From assembly GCA_030747675.1 (NCBI GenBank), contig JASLKH010000056.1, positions 1 to 48,521 on the forward strand: a stretch of DNA of 48,521 bases, written 5' to 3'. How positions within the stretch are numbered: the first letter of the stretch is position 1; every line of letters begins with the position of its first letter. Of the stretch, positions 18,739 to 29,300 are shown piece by piece. The notes beneath the pieces are model-generated. The model saw only the letters and a program-made list of their open reading frames with translations. It did not search any database and was not told the DNA's origin. Source of the DNA: Candidatus Thalassarchaeaceae archaeon (GTDB lineage: Archaea > Thermoplasmatota > Poseidoniia > Poseidoniales > Thalassarchaeaceae). The translations under genes and the position numbers were made by a program.

Positions 18739-19871
18739 TTACCCAACCATTCCCCTAACCGTTTCAAACCTTCTTCTATGACATCGTCATCAGCAGCATA
18801 TGAGAGTCGAATATACCCCTCTCCCCCTGGAATCCCCTCAAGAGGAATCACTTGAACACAAGCTTCCTCCATCGCCCGAGCAGCAAATGTAATTGCATCC
18901 ATTCCTGTATTTCGAACGTCCACCATAAGATAGAATGCCCCCTCGGGCTCACCAGCATTCAGCAAGGGAATTTGTTCAATCAAATCCATCATTCTTTTTC
19001 GTTTTTGAATATAATCTCCTCTAAATTCACCCACTGAATCCCATTCTTTAGCAGCAACCTCTGCGGCAGGCATAATGAAAGACGGAATGTGTGAACAAGT
19101 ATTCCCTTGTATTCTCCCCACCAGATTCGCCACCTCATTTGTGGCTGCTAGGACCCCCACTCTCCATCCAGTCATTGCATGTGTCTTTGAAGGCCCCATT
19201 ACAGTGAGAGTCCGCTCAAATCCACCCGGCAGAGACGCAGGTGAAATGTGGGGAGTCCCATTCCAAATTAATTCCGCGTATATTTCGTCCGAGATTATCC
19301 ACAAATCGTGCCGAATAGCAAAATCTACCATATTTTGAATTTCTTCAGGAGTATAAACTGCACCTGTTGGGTTATTTGGACTATTGATCAATAGAGCCTT
19401 TGTTCGGTGACTAATTGCATTTTCCAAGGCCACCATGTCAGGGCGAAAAGAAGGTTGTATGCAAGGTACAGAAATTGGCTTTGCTCCGACAAGAACAGCC
19501 TGCTCAGCATACGTAGGCCAAGCAGGATCTAGTAGCAATATCTCATCATCTCTGTCGAGAGCCACCATCATTGCGTAGAGAAGCGCTTGCTTCGCACCGG
19601 GCGTCATTACTATCCCTTCACCAGTCACAGGGATGTTCCAACGATGTTGTAAGTATTCAGCCCAGGTTGCACATAAAGATTCACGACCTTCTCCGCGAGT
19701 ATAATGGGTATCTCCTGATTTAACGGCGTCAATCATAGCATTAGTGACATTACTGGGTGTATCAAATCCTGGCTCCCCAACAGTGAGGCGAGTTACACCT
19801 TCGGGTGGGGGTGCAAAGAAAGCCTTGAATCCCCCTCGTAGGGCTTCAAACCTAGTTGGAATATTCGGCAT
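18732..19871 (-). CDS. PLP-dependent class I/II aminotransferase (aspartate aminotransferase-like)
   Basis: LTVGEPGF, TPGAKQAL, INSPNNPTG, SDEIY, SKTHAMTGWRVG, IRLSYA. ATG at 19871 (MPNIPTRF) preferred over the 19952 start. Confidence 0.92.
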   Translation of the reverse strand: MPNIPTRFEALRGGFKAFFAPPPEGVTRLTVGEPGFDTPSNVTNAMIDAVKSGDTHYTRGEGRESLCATWAEYLQHRWNIPVTGEGIVMTPGAKQALLYAMMVALDRDDEILLLDPAWPTYAEQAVLVGAKPISVPCIQPSFRPDMVALENAISHRTKALLINSPNNPTGAVYTPEEIQNMVDFAIRHDLWIISDEIYAELIWNGTPHISPASLPGGFERTLTVMGPSKTHAMTGWRVGVLAATNEVANLVGRIQGNTCSHIPSFIMPAAEVAAKEWDSVGEFRGDYIQKRKRMMDLIEQIPLLNAGEPEGAFYLMVDVRNTGMDAITFAARAMEEACVQVIPLEGIPGGEGYIRLSYAADDDVIEEGLKRLGEWLGNQ

Positions 19872-20018
19872 GGAACCCCTCTGAATCACCCTTACGGATA
19901 TGCCGTGCAAATGCAATTCTGACTTGAAGGTGTGGGCAAAGTTAAGATTCATTCAATCAATAATGACAATTTTGCTGTGCGTGAGACTTGAATAGCCATT
20001 GCTTGTCGGCGGGTTGCT

Positions 20019-20095
20019 GCACAGATAGCAAAGCCCGGTTACGCGATGGACTGCAAATCCATTTTACAGGGGTTCGAATCCCCTTCTGTGCTCCA
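20019..20095 (+). tRNA. tRNA-Cys (GCA), intronless, CCA encoded
   Basis: Acceptor stem GCACAGA/TCTGTGC, anticodon arm ATGGA-CTGCAAA-TCCAT (GCA at 20053-20055), T arm AGGGG-TTCGAAT-CCCCT, U73 discriminator typical of Cys, then CCA. Confidence 0.95.
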
Positions 20096-20163
20096 TTTAA
20101 TAGCTGAAAATACAACCATAGCATGCGGTGGTTTCATTTCATACCACCTCATCATAGCAATTG

Positions 20164-21573
20164 ATGGAGCCCATTGATCAAGCCACCTTACTCGAAGGTG
20201 TATTTGAACGAATACGCACTCATTTTGCTTGCAATGGTTACCGTGAAGAAAAGGTACGTGAATGGCTGACACCAGAGCAAATATCAGAATCTCTAGATAT
20301 TGCTGTGAAAGATGATGCAATTGATGCGGATGAATTATTGAAATTGGTTGATCAATATATTTCAATGTCAGTAAATACTCAACACCCCAATTTTTTGCAA
20401 CCGTTATGGGGCGGGCTATCCGCTGCAGGATTAGTTGGAGAAATTGTCACAGTGTTGACTAATACTAGCGTATACACTTGGGAATTAGCCCCAGTAGCAA
20501 CACTTGTAGAACAGGAAATGGTTGCAACACTTGGTGCAATGGCTGGTTGGGAATCGGTAGAAGGAACATTCACAACAGGGGGTTCTAATGCCAACATGCT
20601 AGCAATGATATTGGCCCGAGATCAAGCATTTCCAAACGCAATTACATCGGGTATCAATGGCTCGGAACTAGCCGTTTTCGTATCTGAAGACTCTCACTAT
20701 TCTCTCTTGATGTCGGCCCATGTTTTAGGCATTGGATCCGAAGGCGTCATCAAAATCGAAACCGATATTGATGGAAGAATGAAACCATCAGCTTTACAGC
20801 AAGCCATCACTGAATGCCGGAAAACATCCCGTACACCAGTTTGTGTTATTGCAACTAGTGGAACGACAGTTCGAGGGGCCTTCGACCCCTTGGAAGAAAT
20901 ATCATCTATTTGTAAATCTGAAAATATTTGGTTACACGTGGATGCAGCACTCGGCGGCGCTTGCCTATTTTCCTCTAAACACAGCCATTTAATGAAAGGA
21001 GTTGAAAGAGCCGACAGTCTAACTTGGGACCCTCACAAAGTAATGGGAGTTCCAATTACTTGCTCGACACTTTTAACACCCCACGCGGGGGCCCTCATGA
21101 ATACATGTTCTTATGTCGAATCGGCTCATTATTTGTTCCATGAACCTGGAATAGAATACGATTTGGGTCGCACAAGTCTTCAATGTGGAAGGCGTGTTGA
21201 TGCACTTAAATTATGGATATCATGGAAGGCTGAAGGAAATACAGGGTGGAAAAAACAAATTGAACACTATTTGGAATTGGCAGAATATCTAGAGGATGAA
21301 GTCAACAAAGATTCGATGTTGGAATTAATGTCGTCCAGAACGTTCACCAACGTTTGTTTAAGGTACCGTCCACAAAACCTTGATGTCACCGAATTAAATA
21401 ATCTCAATGAGGCAATTCGGCAAAAAATGATTTTCGATGGTAACTTTATGACAAGCCTCACTCAGATAAAAGGACAAACAATTCTACGACCTGTTATTTG
21501 CAACTCTGCGGTTGATAAGAAAAGCATTGATGACTTTTTGAGCGAAATCCACCGAATTGCAAAAGATGTCTAA
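20164..21573 (+). CDS. Group II PLP-dependent decarboxylase (GAD/CSAD/GADL1-like)
   Basis: HPNFLQ, NTSVYTWELAPV, GGSNANMLA, HYS, TSGTTVRGAFDPL, HVDAALGG, DSLTWDPHK (PLP Lys), LQCGRRVDALKLW. Confidence 0.9.
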   Translation: MEPIDQATLLEGVFERIRTHFACNGYREEKVREWLTPEQISESLDIAVKDDAIDADELLKLVDQYISMSVNTQHPNFLQPLWGGLSAAGLVGEIVTVLTNTSVYTWELAPVATLVEQEMVATLGAMAGWESVEGTFTTGGSNANMLAMILARDQAFPNAITSGINGSELAVFVSEDSHYSLLMSAHVLGIGSEGVIKIETDIDGRMKPSALQQAITECRKTSRTPVCVIATSGTTVRGAFDPLEEISSICKSENIWLHVDAALGGACLFSSKHSHLMKGVERADSLTWDPHKVMGVPITCSTLLTPHAGALMNTCSYVESAHYLFHEPGIEYDLGRTSLQCGRRVDALKLWISWKAEGNTGWKKQIEHYLELAEYLEDEVNKDSMLELMSSRTFTNVCLRYRPQNLDVTELNNLNEAIRQKMIFDGNFMTSLTQIKGQTILRPVICNSAVDKKSIDDFLSEIHRIAKDV

Positions 21574-22007
21574 CTTCTATGATAGGGAGAACCCCTTTCA
21601 ATTTCACTTGCTCTGTATAATTGTTCTAATAAAACAACAGCCGCCATTTCGTATGTCATCGTCAATGGACCCAATGATATTAAGGGGAATTTAGAAGAAA
21701 TATCCTCACAGTACCCGTCGACTGGCCCTACAGCCAAGTGGATTGATTTTGAAGACAATTTCCACCTTTTCCAATTATCCACCATCCATTCGGTGGTCCC
21801 CGCCTCCCCATTTTCATCGAGTAATATCAAAGTAGAACCCCCCACCATCCCTTTGATTTTTTCTAAGTATTCATCGTGATCTAATTTATCAGAATGAGCA
21901 ACTAAAGAGACGCCCCGGCCACCCAACCTTTCTGAATATTTTTGAATAAGGTGGGAATATCCCTTTTCCCTAGTTTTCCCATGAGTATGAACAAAGATTC
22001 TCCCCAT
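21570..22007 (-). CDS. rlmH: 23S rRNA m3-pseudouridine-1915 methyltransferase (SPOUT)
   Basis: LLDENG, LAVGPVDG, ISLGPLTMTYEMAAVVLLEQLYRA, GSPYHR. ATG at 22007 preferred. Confidence 0.85.
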   Translation of the reverse strand: MGRIFVHTHGKTREKGYSHLIQKYSERLGGRGVSLVAHSDKLDHDEYLEKIKGMVGGSTLILLDENGEAGTTEWMVDNWKRWKLSSKSIHLAVGPVDGYCEDISSKFPLISLGPLTMTYEMAAVVLLEQLYRASEIERGSPYHRS

Positions 22008-22085
22008 GAAATGTCGTAGCAGCCACGCCACCATCATAGTTGGGGCCGTGCGAAGTCTCAAGGACATTGACCGAAAGGACGAATT

Positions 22086-22418
22086 ATGGGTTGGTGGCCA
22101 TTCTCCCGTCGAAAGAAAACATTTTCTGATAATCCACACATGAAGGGCACACGCGCATGGCTCACTGAATTACGTGAATTGGCCGAGCGAAATTTCAACA
22201 ACCACATCGAAGGTCAACGATTAATTCATCAATTGAAAGTTGAATGGAAAGAAGCGTTATCGGAGAATGAAATGTCTTTGGAACTTCACGAAGGCCTCCA
22301 TAGACGAGCATTCCGGCTATTGAATGCAGACGCTCAAGACTGGCTTGCATGGCTCGACGATGATGATTTTTGGCAACCAGGATGGAAGGGAGATGACGGA
22401 GTTCCTACGAGTCATTAG
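22086..22418 (+). CDS. Hypothetical Trp-rich protein
   Basis: 110-aa ORF divergent from rlmH. Confidence 0.65.
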   Translation: MGWWPFSRRKKTFSDNPHMKGTRAWLTELRELAERNFNNHIEGQRLIHQLKVEWKEALSENEMSLELHEGLHRRAFRLLNADAQDWLAWLDDDDFWQPGWKGDDGVPTSH

Positions 22419-22453
22419 CATGGATTCAAATCTGAAAACCCAACCCCCTAATT

Positions 22454-23170
22454 ATGTGGGCATGGATTGCATTTCTGGCAACTACATCCTCAACCCTGCT
22501 CTGGATGAGCAGAGATCAACCATTTCCCGAAATTAGTGCACGTTGGGGATGGATAATTCTTCTCATTTCAGGAATATTAGCAATTGCCACTCAGTCACCA
22601 AGAGCAACAAATGAGTACCTTGCCCCCATTTTATCAGCAGCGATCGGAGGCCTAGGGGTGGTCATAGGAGTAAGGCACAGCTCGATTACAAAACGCGATG
22701 TTTTAGTGGCCCCATTTGCGGGATTATGGCTTGCCGTGGGTACAATCACCCTACTCACCAAAACATGGCCCGATTACAATCAAACCGAGCAAATTACAGG
22801 CTTCATCTTAGCAACGCTTGTTGTAGCATTAGAGACTTTTTTGTTTTGGAAAGGCCTCATCATAGGGATACAAGGTGTGACTTGGTCCCAAGCAGCCCTC
22901 CGCCAACTTGACAGAGGTTTGATAGTAGGTGATCGCGGTTCTATATCCATGTTTGAAAAGTCATGGGATGTAGAAGAATCATGGTTAGATGCGATGAGTC
23001 ACGCAGCCCTCTATCGAATACATGAACATCAAAATAACCCAAAACTAGCAGCAAAACACGCCCAGTTGCTAGAACGTTTGGGTGGAGAAGAAGTAGTTGA
23101 TTCTGCGTGGTTAGAAACAATAGATAAATGTATAAAACGACTAAAAAAACCGATTTTAGAAGAAGAGTGA
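22454..23170 (+). CDS. Hypothetical membrane protein (about 5 TM helices plus a TPR-like C-terminus)
   Basis: Multiple hydrophobic segments followed by a soluble helical tail. Confidence 0.7.
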   Translation: MWAWIAFLATTSSTLLWMSRDQPFPEISARWGWIILLISGILAIATQSPRATNEYLAPILSAAIGGLGVVIGVRHSSITKRDVLVAPFAGLWLAVGTITLLTKTWPDYNQTEQITGFILATLVVALETFLFWKGLIIGIQGVTWSQAALRQLDRGLIVGDRGSISMFEKSWDVEESWLDAMSHAALYRIHEHQNNPKLAAKHAQLLERLGGEEVVDSAWLETIDKCIKRLKKPILEEE

Positions 23171-23235
23171 AACAATCTTGGGGGATGTGGAGCATGCTCA
23201 GCAAGGGCTTAAATGATACAATGACCAATTAACTA

Positions 23236-23571
23236 ATGACTAACGTGAAAATCTACAAAGGAATAAAGATCAATAGCGCAAAAATTGGTTGGGCCATAGT
23301 TGTAATCTGGTTCAGTGCCAACCTACTCTCCCAGGCACTATACATGGGACTCCATGGCACACCCTACAATGCTTCAGCAATGCTATCGTCGGTAGGGGTG
23401 TGGTATTGGGGCCTACTCGTACTGGAATTGGTTGTATGGGTACTCTTCGGTATGTTGGTTGTTAGCCGAGTCCGTTTACGAATAGCTGTTCGTCAGCGAC
23501 ATTTAGAAAACACCATTTCATCATTACATATACCACCGATGGTTATCCCAACAATAGACCCAAAACCTTAG
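23236..23571 (+). CDS. Small two-TM hypothetical protein
   Basis: 111-aa ORF with two hydrophobic helices. Confidence 0.6.
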   Translation: MTNVKIYKGIKINSAKIGWAIVVIWFSANLLSQALYMGLHGTPYNASAMLSSVGVWYWGLLVLELVVWVLFGMLVVSRVRLRIAVRQRHLENTISSLHIPPMVIPTIDPKP

Positions 23572-23617
23572 GCGAAAGTGCCATGAAAGGAAACCATCTC
23601 CAAGGGGTGGGGCAGAG

Positions 23618-24265
23618 ATGGTACGAATCACAAAAGTTCACACTGGGGGTGGCGATAAGGGAAACACCTCATTGCTCTCAGGAAACAGAGTATCTAAATC
23701 TCATCCAAGAATAGAATTAGTTGGAACGATTGACGAGTTGAACTCGGTTGTAGGCTTAGTACGTGCTGAATTAAATCGACAGAGTGCAACACATTCAGAC
23801 GGGGGCCCCCGGGCAACAGTTCGGAAAGTGACCAACTCAATATCCTCAAAATTAGAACTAATTCAGCAGGAATTATTTGATATTGGAGCTGAATGTGCAT
23901 GCCATCCCTCAGATTTACCAGAAGCCATGGGTGTTATTGGGATGGCCCAAGCAGATCGTATTTGCGAAGAAATGAATGAGATGCTGCTTGAATTAGAGCC
24001 CCTCGAATCATTTGTTTTACCAACAGGATCTCCACTGGTTGCATCCATTCATCTTGCCCGAACTGTAACCCGTAGAACAGAAAGAACCGTGATAAAGGTC
24101 CGAGAAAGTGAGGGAAAAGACTCTGTTAGGGCTGAAACCATTGCATACCTCAACCGACTATCAGATTGGTTTTTCGTATCAAGTAGGTGGATTACAACCA
24201 CACTTGGCGATGAAGAAATTCTTTGGGTCCCAATTGGTAAAAGAGGAATGGAAGAGATTGAGTAA
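23618..24265 (+). CDS. pduO: Cob(I)alamin adenosyltransferase, PduO/MMAB type
   Basis: TKVHTGGGDKGNTSL, VGTIDELNS, IQQELFDIGAE, FVLPTG, HLARTVTRRTER, YLNRLSDWFF. Confidence 0.93.
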   Translation: MVRITKVHTGGGDKGNTSLLSGNRVSKSHPRIELVGTIDELNSVVGLVRAELNRQSATHSDGGPRATVRKVTNSISSKLELIQQELFDIGAECACHPSDLPEAMGVIGMAQADRICEEMNEMLLELEPLESFVLPTGSPLVASIHLARTVTRRTERTVIKVRESEGKDSVRAETIAYLNRLSDWFFVSSRWITTTLGDEEILWVPIGKRGMEEIE

Positions 24266-24282
24266 TTCACAATCTAAATTTC

Positions 24283-24693
24283 TTAATCCCTACCTAGGGA
24301 TTGAAGTTGAGCCCTCGCCCCTTTCAACACTCTTTTACTTTGATCAAAAGTCAATTGGGCTTCAGCTCCATCCCAATCAACCCACATGTAATTCCGATGC
24401 TCGTGGCTAAGTGAAATATCATATTCATCAGTTTCCCCGATGTACCAATAAACTTGTTTGACAACAACCTTCCCTTTACGAGTAAAATCATATTCAGTCC
24501 GCATTCGCCAATCTTCAATTAGCTCCACACTCGAAATACCCGTTTCTTCTTTTAATTCCCTTAGTGCAGTATGGTGAAAGTCTTCATCAGTTGGTTCATA
24601 GTGACCTTTTGGAAATCCCCAGTGACCTTGTGGGTATTGCAATAGTAGAACACTACCGAAATTGACCAAAACGACTCCACAGGAGGTCTCCAT
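24283..24693 (-). CDS. NUDIX hydrolase, Ap4A-hydrolase-like
   Basis: SCGVVL, GHWGFPKGH, ALRELKEETG Nudix box, LSHEH. Confidence 0.9.
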   Translation of the reverse strand: METSCGVVLVNFGSVLLLQYPQGHWGFPKGHYEPTDEDFHHTALRELKEETGISSVELIEDWRMRTEYDFTRKGKVVVKQVYWYIGETDEYDISLSHEHRNYMWVDWDGAEAQLTFDQSKRVLKGARAQLQSLGRD

Positions 24694-24799
24694 GACACGG
24701 TATCAACGCACAATACTAATTCATTTCGGATAGCCAGCATCAACATACATCAATGCTAAGAGCAAGATTCAGAGAGGAGCAACGCTAGGGGGCAATTGA

Positions 24800-25807
24800 A
24801 TGGACGCAATAGTGGATACTAAAATCACAAAAATTGTTGCTGATGGTGATTTGGACGGACTCCTTTCCGCTGCTATTTTGCATAGAATTTGGCCCGATGC
24901 AACAATACATTTCACTCACCCAGCTGAGGTGAGGAGCGGTGGAGTTGACAATCACATTGGAAGAGAAACTGCGATGGTAGATCTACCATTCCATCCTAAT
25001 TGCGGCCTTCATATAGATCATCACCTAACGAATAAACCAACTTATGAGCAGGAACAAATAGCTGCCGAACAAGGATGTAAAATTATTTGGAACGACGCTT
25101 TAAGCGCGGCAAGAGTTTGTTTTGACACATTTCGAAAACATGTTGATATTTCAGACTTTGAAATGTGGATGCCAATGGTTGACAAACTAGATGGCGGCAA
25201 GATATCAGCTACTGAATTCCTTTCTGATAACCCCATCATGTGGATTGGAAGAACAATCGACACCACAGATTTACCTTATTGTCGATTATTACTCGAACAA
25301 CTTGCATTGGGACACTCCCCAAAAGAAATAATTGAAATTGAAGAGGTGGGGGCAAAGGTTTCTGAAGCCAGAATAAATTTTGAAAACCTTCGGAAAACAC
25401 TTTCTGATCATTTATACATCGTAGACAGACTCGCAATCGTCCGTTTAGAAGAAAAGGGTTTCCGGACAAATGGATACCTCGTCACGGCACACGCCGGCAA
25501 ATCGTGTGATGCATGTATGATTATCCATGGGTACACTGATGGAGAAATTAGTGACAAATCAAAATGGCCTCTTTCCGCCTCTTTTTATTCCAACTCATTT
25601 TTGCATAAACAAAGTCCAATATTCGATTTAACCAGATTAGCTACCGCATTCGACGTTGATGGTGGTGGACATGCAGGGGCTTGCGGCTGCCGAATTCAGC
25701 CATTGTCTGAATCAGGAACCATAGAAAATAGGCCAATAACGAGTTCCGATATTGAACGAAATATCAATGCATGGCAGCGGCTGTGGAGTCAGCGGAAATC
25801 ACGTTAA
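24800..25807 (+). CDS. DHH family phosphoesterase
   Basis: DGDLDG, VDLP, IDHH and GGGHAGACG motifs. Confidence 0.88.
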   Translation: MDAIVDTKITKIVADGDLDGLLSAAILHRIWPDATIHFTHPAEVRSGGVDNHIGRETAMVDLPFHPNCGLHIDHHLTNKPTYEQEQIAAEQGCKIIWNDALSAARVCFDTFRKHVDISDFEMWMPMVDKLDGGKISATEFLSDNPIMWIGRTIDTTDLPYCRLLLEQLALGHSPKEIIEIEEVGAKVSEARINFENLRKTLSDHLYIVDRLAIVRLEEKGFRTNGYLVTAHAGKSCDACMIIHGYTDGEISDKSKWPLSASFYSNSFLHKQSPIFDLTRLATAFDVDGGGHAGACGCRIQPLSESGTIENRPITSSDIERNINAWQRLWSQRKSR

Positions 25808-26308
25808 CAATTGCATTAACCATAGAAATCCCAGAAATGCATGAATAACAATTAGGGCAATAATAACATCAGACGCCCTCCCATGTTGCAATTTTTCTCG
25901 AGCGGAAGAAACACCCTGTTCACGAAGCGATTTTACTTTCCGACCTTTGTACCACAACATAGTAACGAGTCCCAGTCCGAGAACTCCCCCTGCAGCATGA
26001 AGTGCACCTGCACTAGGTGGCAACAGGGCTTGGAAAAAGCCCACACCATCTAAATTTCGAGATTGATGTAATGCATTTCCTACAAATCCAGTAATTACAA
26101 CTAACCATGATAGCTTGTACAGCCTTTCCCCCAAACGTTCGTGCTTTGAAACTGCAACGACTCGATCATCACCTTTGAGTAATTTCCCCCTTTCCCTCCA
26201 CTGGTGCTGCTTCACCATCCATGCAATGACTGCTAAAGCGATCAAAGGATGAAGGAGAATAATAACGAGGTCAACACTCTCCATGTTAACCCGAACCCCT
26301 TCGAACAC
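25799..26308 (-). CDS. DUF4079-like membrane protein
   Basis: Four TM helices with conserved-looking His residues (LLHP, HERLG, LHAAGG, QHGR, IHAFLG). Confidence 0.6.
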   Translation of the reverse strand: MFEGVRVNMESVDLVIILLHPLIALAVIAWMVKQHQWRERGKLLKGDDRVVAVSKHERLGERLYKLSWLVVITGFVGNALHQSRNLDGVGFFQALLPPSAGALHAAGGVLGLGLVTMLWYKGRKVKSLREQGVSSAREKLQHGRASDVIIALIVIHAFLGFLWLMQLLT

Positions 26309-26385
26309 TTCAGCGCAGCGGCTCCGGCGATGTGTTCATTAGGGTCTGTTAACGGCACGACTTTGTACAGATAGGAGATAGCCCA

Positions 26386-29300
26386 TTGGAAGACAAATTA
26401 CAAGAGTGCCTCAACATGGTTACTAACAAAGCGGATTTAAGCAAATTGCGCAAATCCGCAGCATATGATTTGTTGGATAAACCATGGGTCGGTTTACTTG
26501 AATTTGTATTATCTAAAGACGCCCAACTGGAAACTTCAGGGGACAAGAAATCATCTCAACGACCCAGGGGTCCACGTGGTCGGGGGCGAAGTGGAAACCG
26601 CAATCCATTCGTTGCTTTACTTGAACCCACGAGTGCATTAATTACATCCGATGCACCACCAGGATACCGTTTAACTGCTCTACTTGTCCAACGCTCATTG
26701 TCTTCTAACCGGTGGAAACCAGAATGGGATAACGACATTGAAAAACTTCGAGATACTTGTAAATCAGGTATTCACCCCGTCTGGTCAGAAATGGCACAAA
26801 AAAGCCACATTATTTCGGAATTAATGTCATACCCAACAAAGAAACCCAAGGCGAGGCAAGGCAACATCAAAAGTTGGGTCGAAGGAGCAAAAATAGATCC
26901 CAATAACAACGAAGCGGTAATCGGTTGGTTGAATGCACCAAACCCATTCAATCTCAACTCAGAAGTAGAGCAAGCAATTCAACGGATAGCAAAAGATATT
27001 ATGAAAAATCGCGCATCGGAAAAACATCTTCTCGCCCTGGAAAAATTAGAAGGAAACCCAAGTCTAATACGAGCAATCATTCACACCAATATTTCCAAGG
27101 AAGCAGCCATTCCCGAACTTGAAAAAATCGTGGCAGAAGACAACGATGTGCAAAGCGTGGCTCAGAATATACTTGAAATAACCCAATTAAGAAATGGAAA
27201 TACTTCATACTGGAAAGCATGCTATTCAGTCAAGGGCGACGACCCTCTTTCCGTGGCCATGCGAAACCAATCATGGAAAAATATCCCTGATAATGCATCA
27301 TTATCTGTTTTAGAATTACAAGAAGGCATCGAGGCCCAAGAAGGTCCAATCGACCCGGCTCTAGAATGGGCACTTTTTGTGGCTCTAATTGGCGATAAAT
27401 TGTTTAAAGAAGCCGATGAATTGGTGTCGGGAATTTCTGTAATTGACAAATCAAGATTACCTCATATTCTCAAATTTTTATCAAATTACAACTCACCTAA
27501 ACTAGTAGAGAGGTTGACCGAAGAAATACACAAATTTAACCATGAAGAAATCATAGAAATCATGAATTCAGATGTTAGAAACACACTTCGAGTATCTGCT
27601 GCTTTAGAATTACAAAAAGAAGGAGGGGATCCATGGGTTGAACACCAAAACTTGGCTTTAGATATAGTTGGCCAAGCAGGCAATGCCTCCCAAATAGGCA
27701 CAATTTTGAGGAAAATAGACAACTCGGCAGAAAAACATCCATATCTAACTTTACTTGTTTACCATTTATTAGATGCAAGTGCCAAAGAAGATCTGCGAGA
27801 ATGGGCAACATCTTCACGTGTTATTTCAATTACAACTTTAGCAAAAGGTTCAGTAAATGACCCTAATACAGCATCTAATAATTTGATTAAAATTCTTGAA
27901 GGCGCCCCTTCGGAAATAGCACCCATACACGCATGCCTTGATCCAAGCGGAATCAAGGCGTTCAATCAATGCCGCCGGGCATTAATGGACGAAGGCGACG
28001 GACTTGTTGCTAAAAATTTACTAGACGAACTTGAAAATTCGGTGAAGAACTCGGGCATGAAACCAATTGAGGAGAATTTATTCATTGCAGTAATTACCGA
28101 CTTACGATTTAACCGAGTGCTCAACCTTCTTGAAAATGGTAAAAAAGAAGATGTAGCAGTGGCGGAAACCTCCCTAAATACGCTAATTGGTAAGACGCCC
28201 CGAATGCGAATAATGGGTGAAGCAAGACAAGCAATCCTCGAATATGGACTATCAATTCCTGCACTTTCTGATTGGCACCGCGAAAATATTCCTTCTTCAC
28301 CGTGGCACCGTCTTATTTTGGCATTTATTGATGTTAGAGATGACAAGCAACTGTCAGCTGCCCGAGGGTTGCGGGATTCGAGTCGAATAGATATTTTCAG
28401 TTACGAAGAAAGGGTTAGATTAGCCAGACGTGCACTAATATTATTTGCACACGCAGGTGAATGGCGTTTGGCTGTTGAAATGCTCGAGAATCCGCATCAA
28501 AGTGCATTAAAGTCTGCTCTAACAAATCAATTCCAATTGTACCTCCACGTTTGTAATGAACAGTCAAAAGGACGCTCCGGCCCCGCTTTAGAACACATTC
28601 TACGTTCCATCAAAAGAGAAGAGGAGTATGACTATGAAAACCCAGAAGGAGAAACAGAGAAACGGACACGTACCACTTACCCTTCTGACGAATTGGATAG
28701 CATGTTCAATTACCCTAACATCCATGGTTTGCCCAAGGAACCATGGCAAGGTCGCATTAGGGCCGCATTGAACGGATTAACAGACAACCGAAGAAGCCCA
28801 ATGAGCCTACTCCAATCTCGCTTCAGAAATATCCTTACAGATAAAGGAACAGTTTCTGAAATTGAAGCGATCGCTAAAGAAGCTGCAGAACTCGACCCAA
28901 TTACTGGGCTAATGATGTTTGAAAGAGCAATAAATTCTGGACAATACTTGAATGAAAAGAAACCATTACTTCGCAGTCAAAAAGCAGTATATTCATTGCA
29001 CCAAGAACAAATCCCAATCAAATCAAGAATGAAATTTAGACATTTACAATTGAAACCAATGGTTTTGATAGACACAAATTTACTTATTGATGCCATAAAA
29101 GAGGAAATTCATCGAGAACTAGGCAACGAAACAGGATCCATCACTTATCAAGGAGGAAGCACATTTCATAGAAAGTTGTATTCTAAAGCAACCAAAAAAG
29201 AAATTGAGTGCTACATCCCATCAATCGTCATCAGTGAATTGATTGCTAGAACCAAGTCACCTCAAAAACTCCGAGAATTATTCACTCAAGATTTGATTGA

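Noticed and set aside
20019-20095. tRNA-Cys as the attachment site of an integrated element
   Set aside because: I saw no duplicated tRNA 3' end (only a trivial ~10-bp match near 5950), and there is no integrase in the window.
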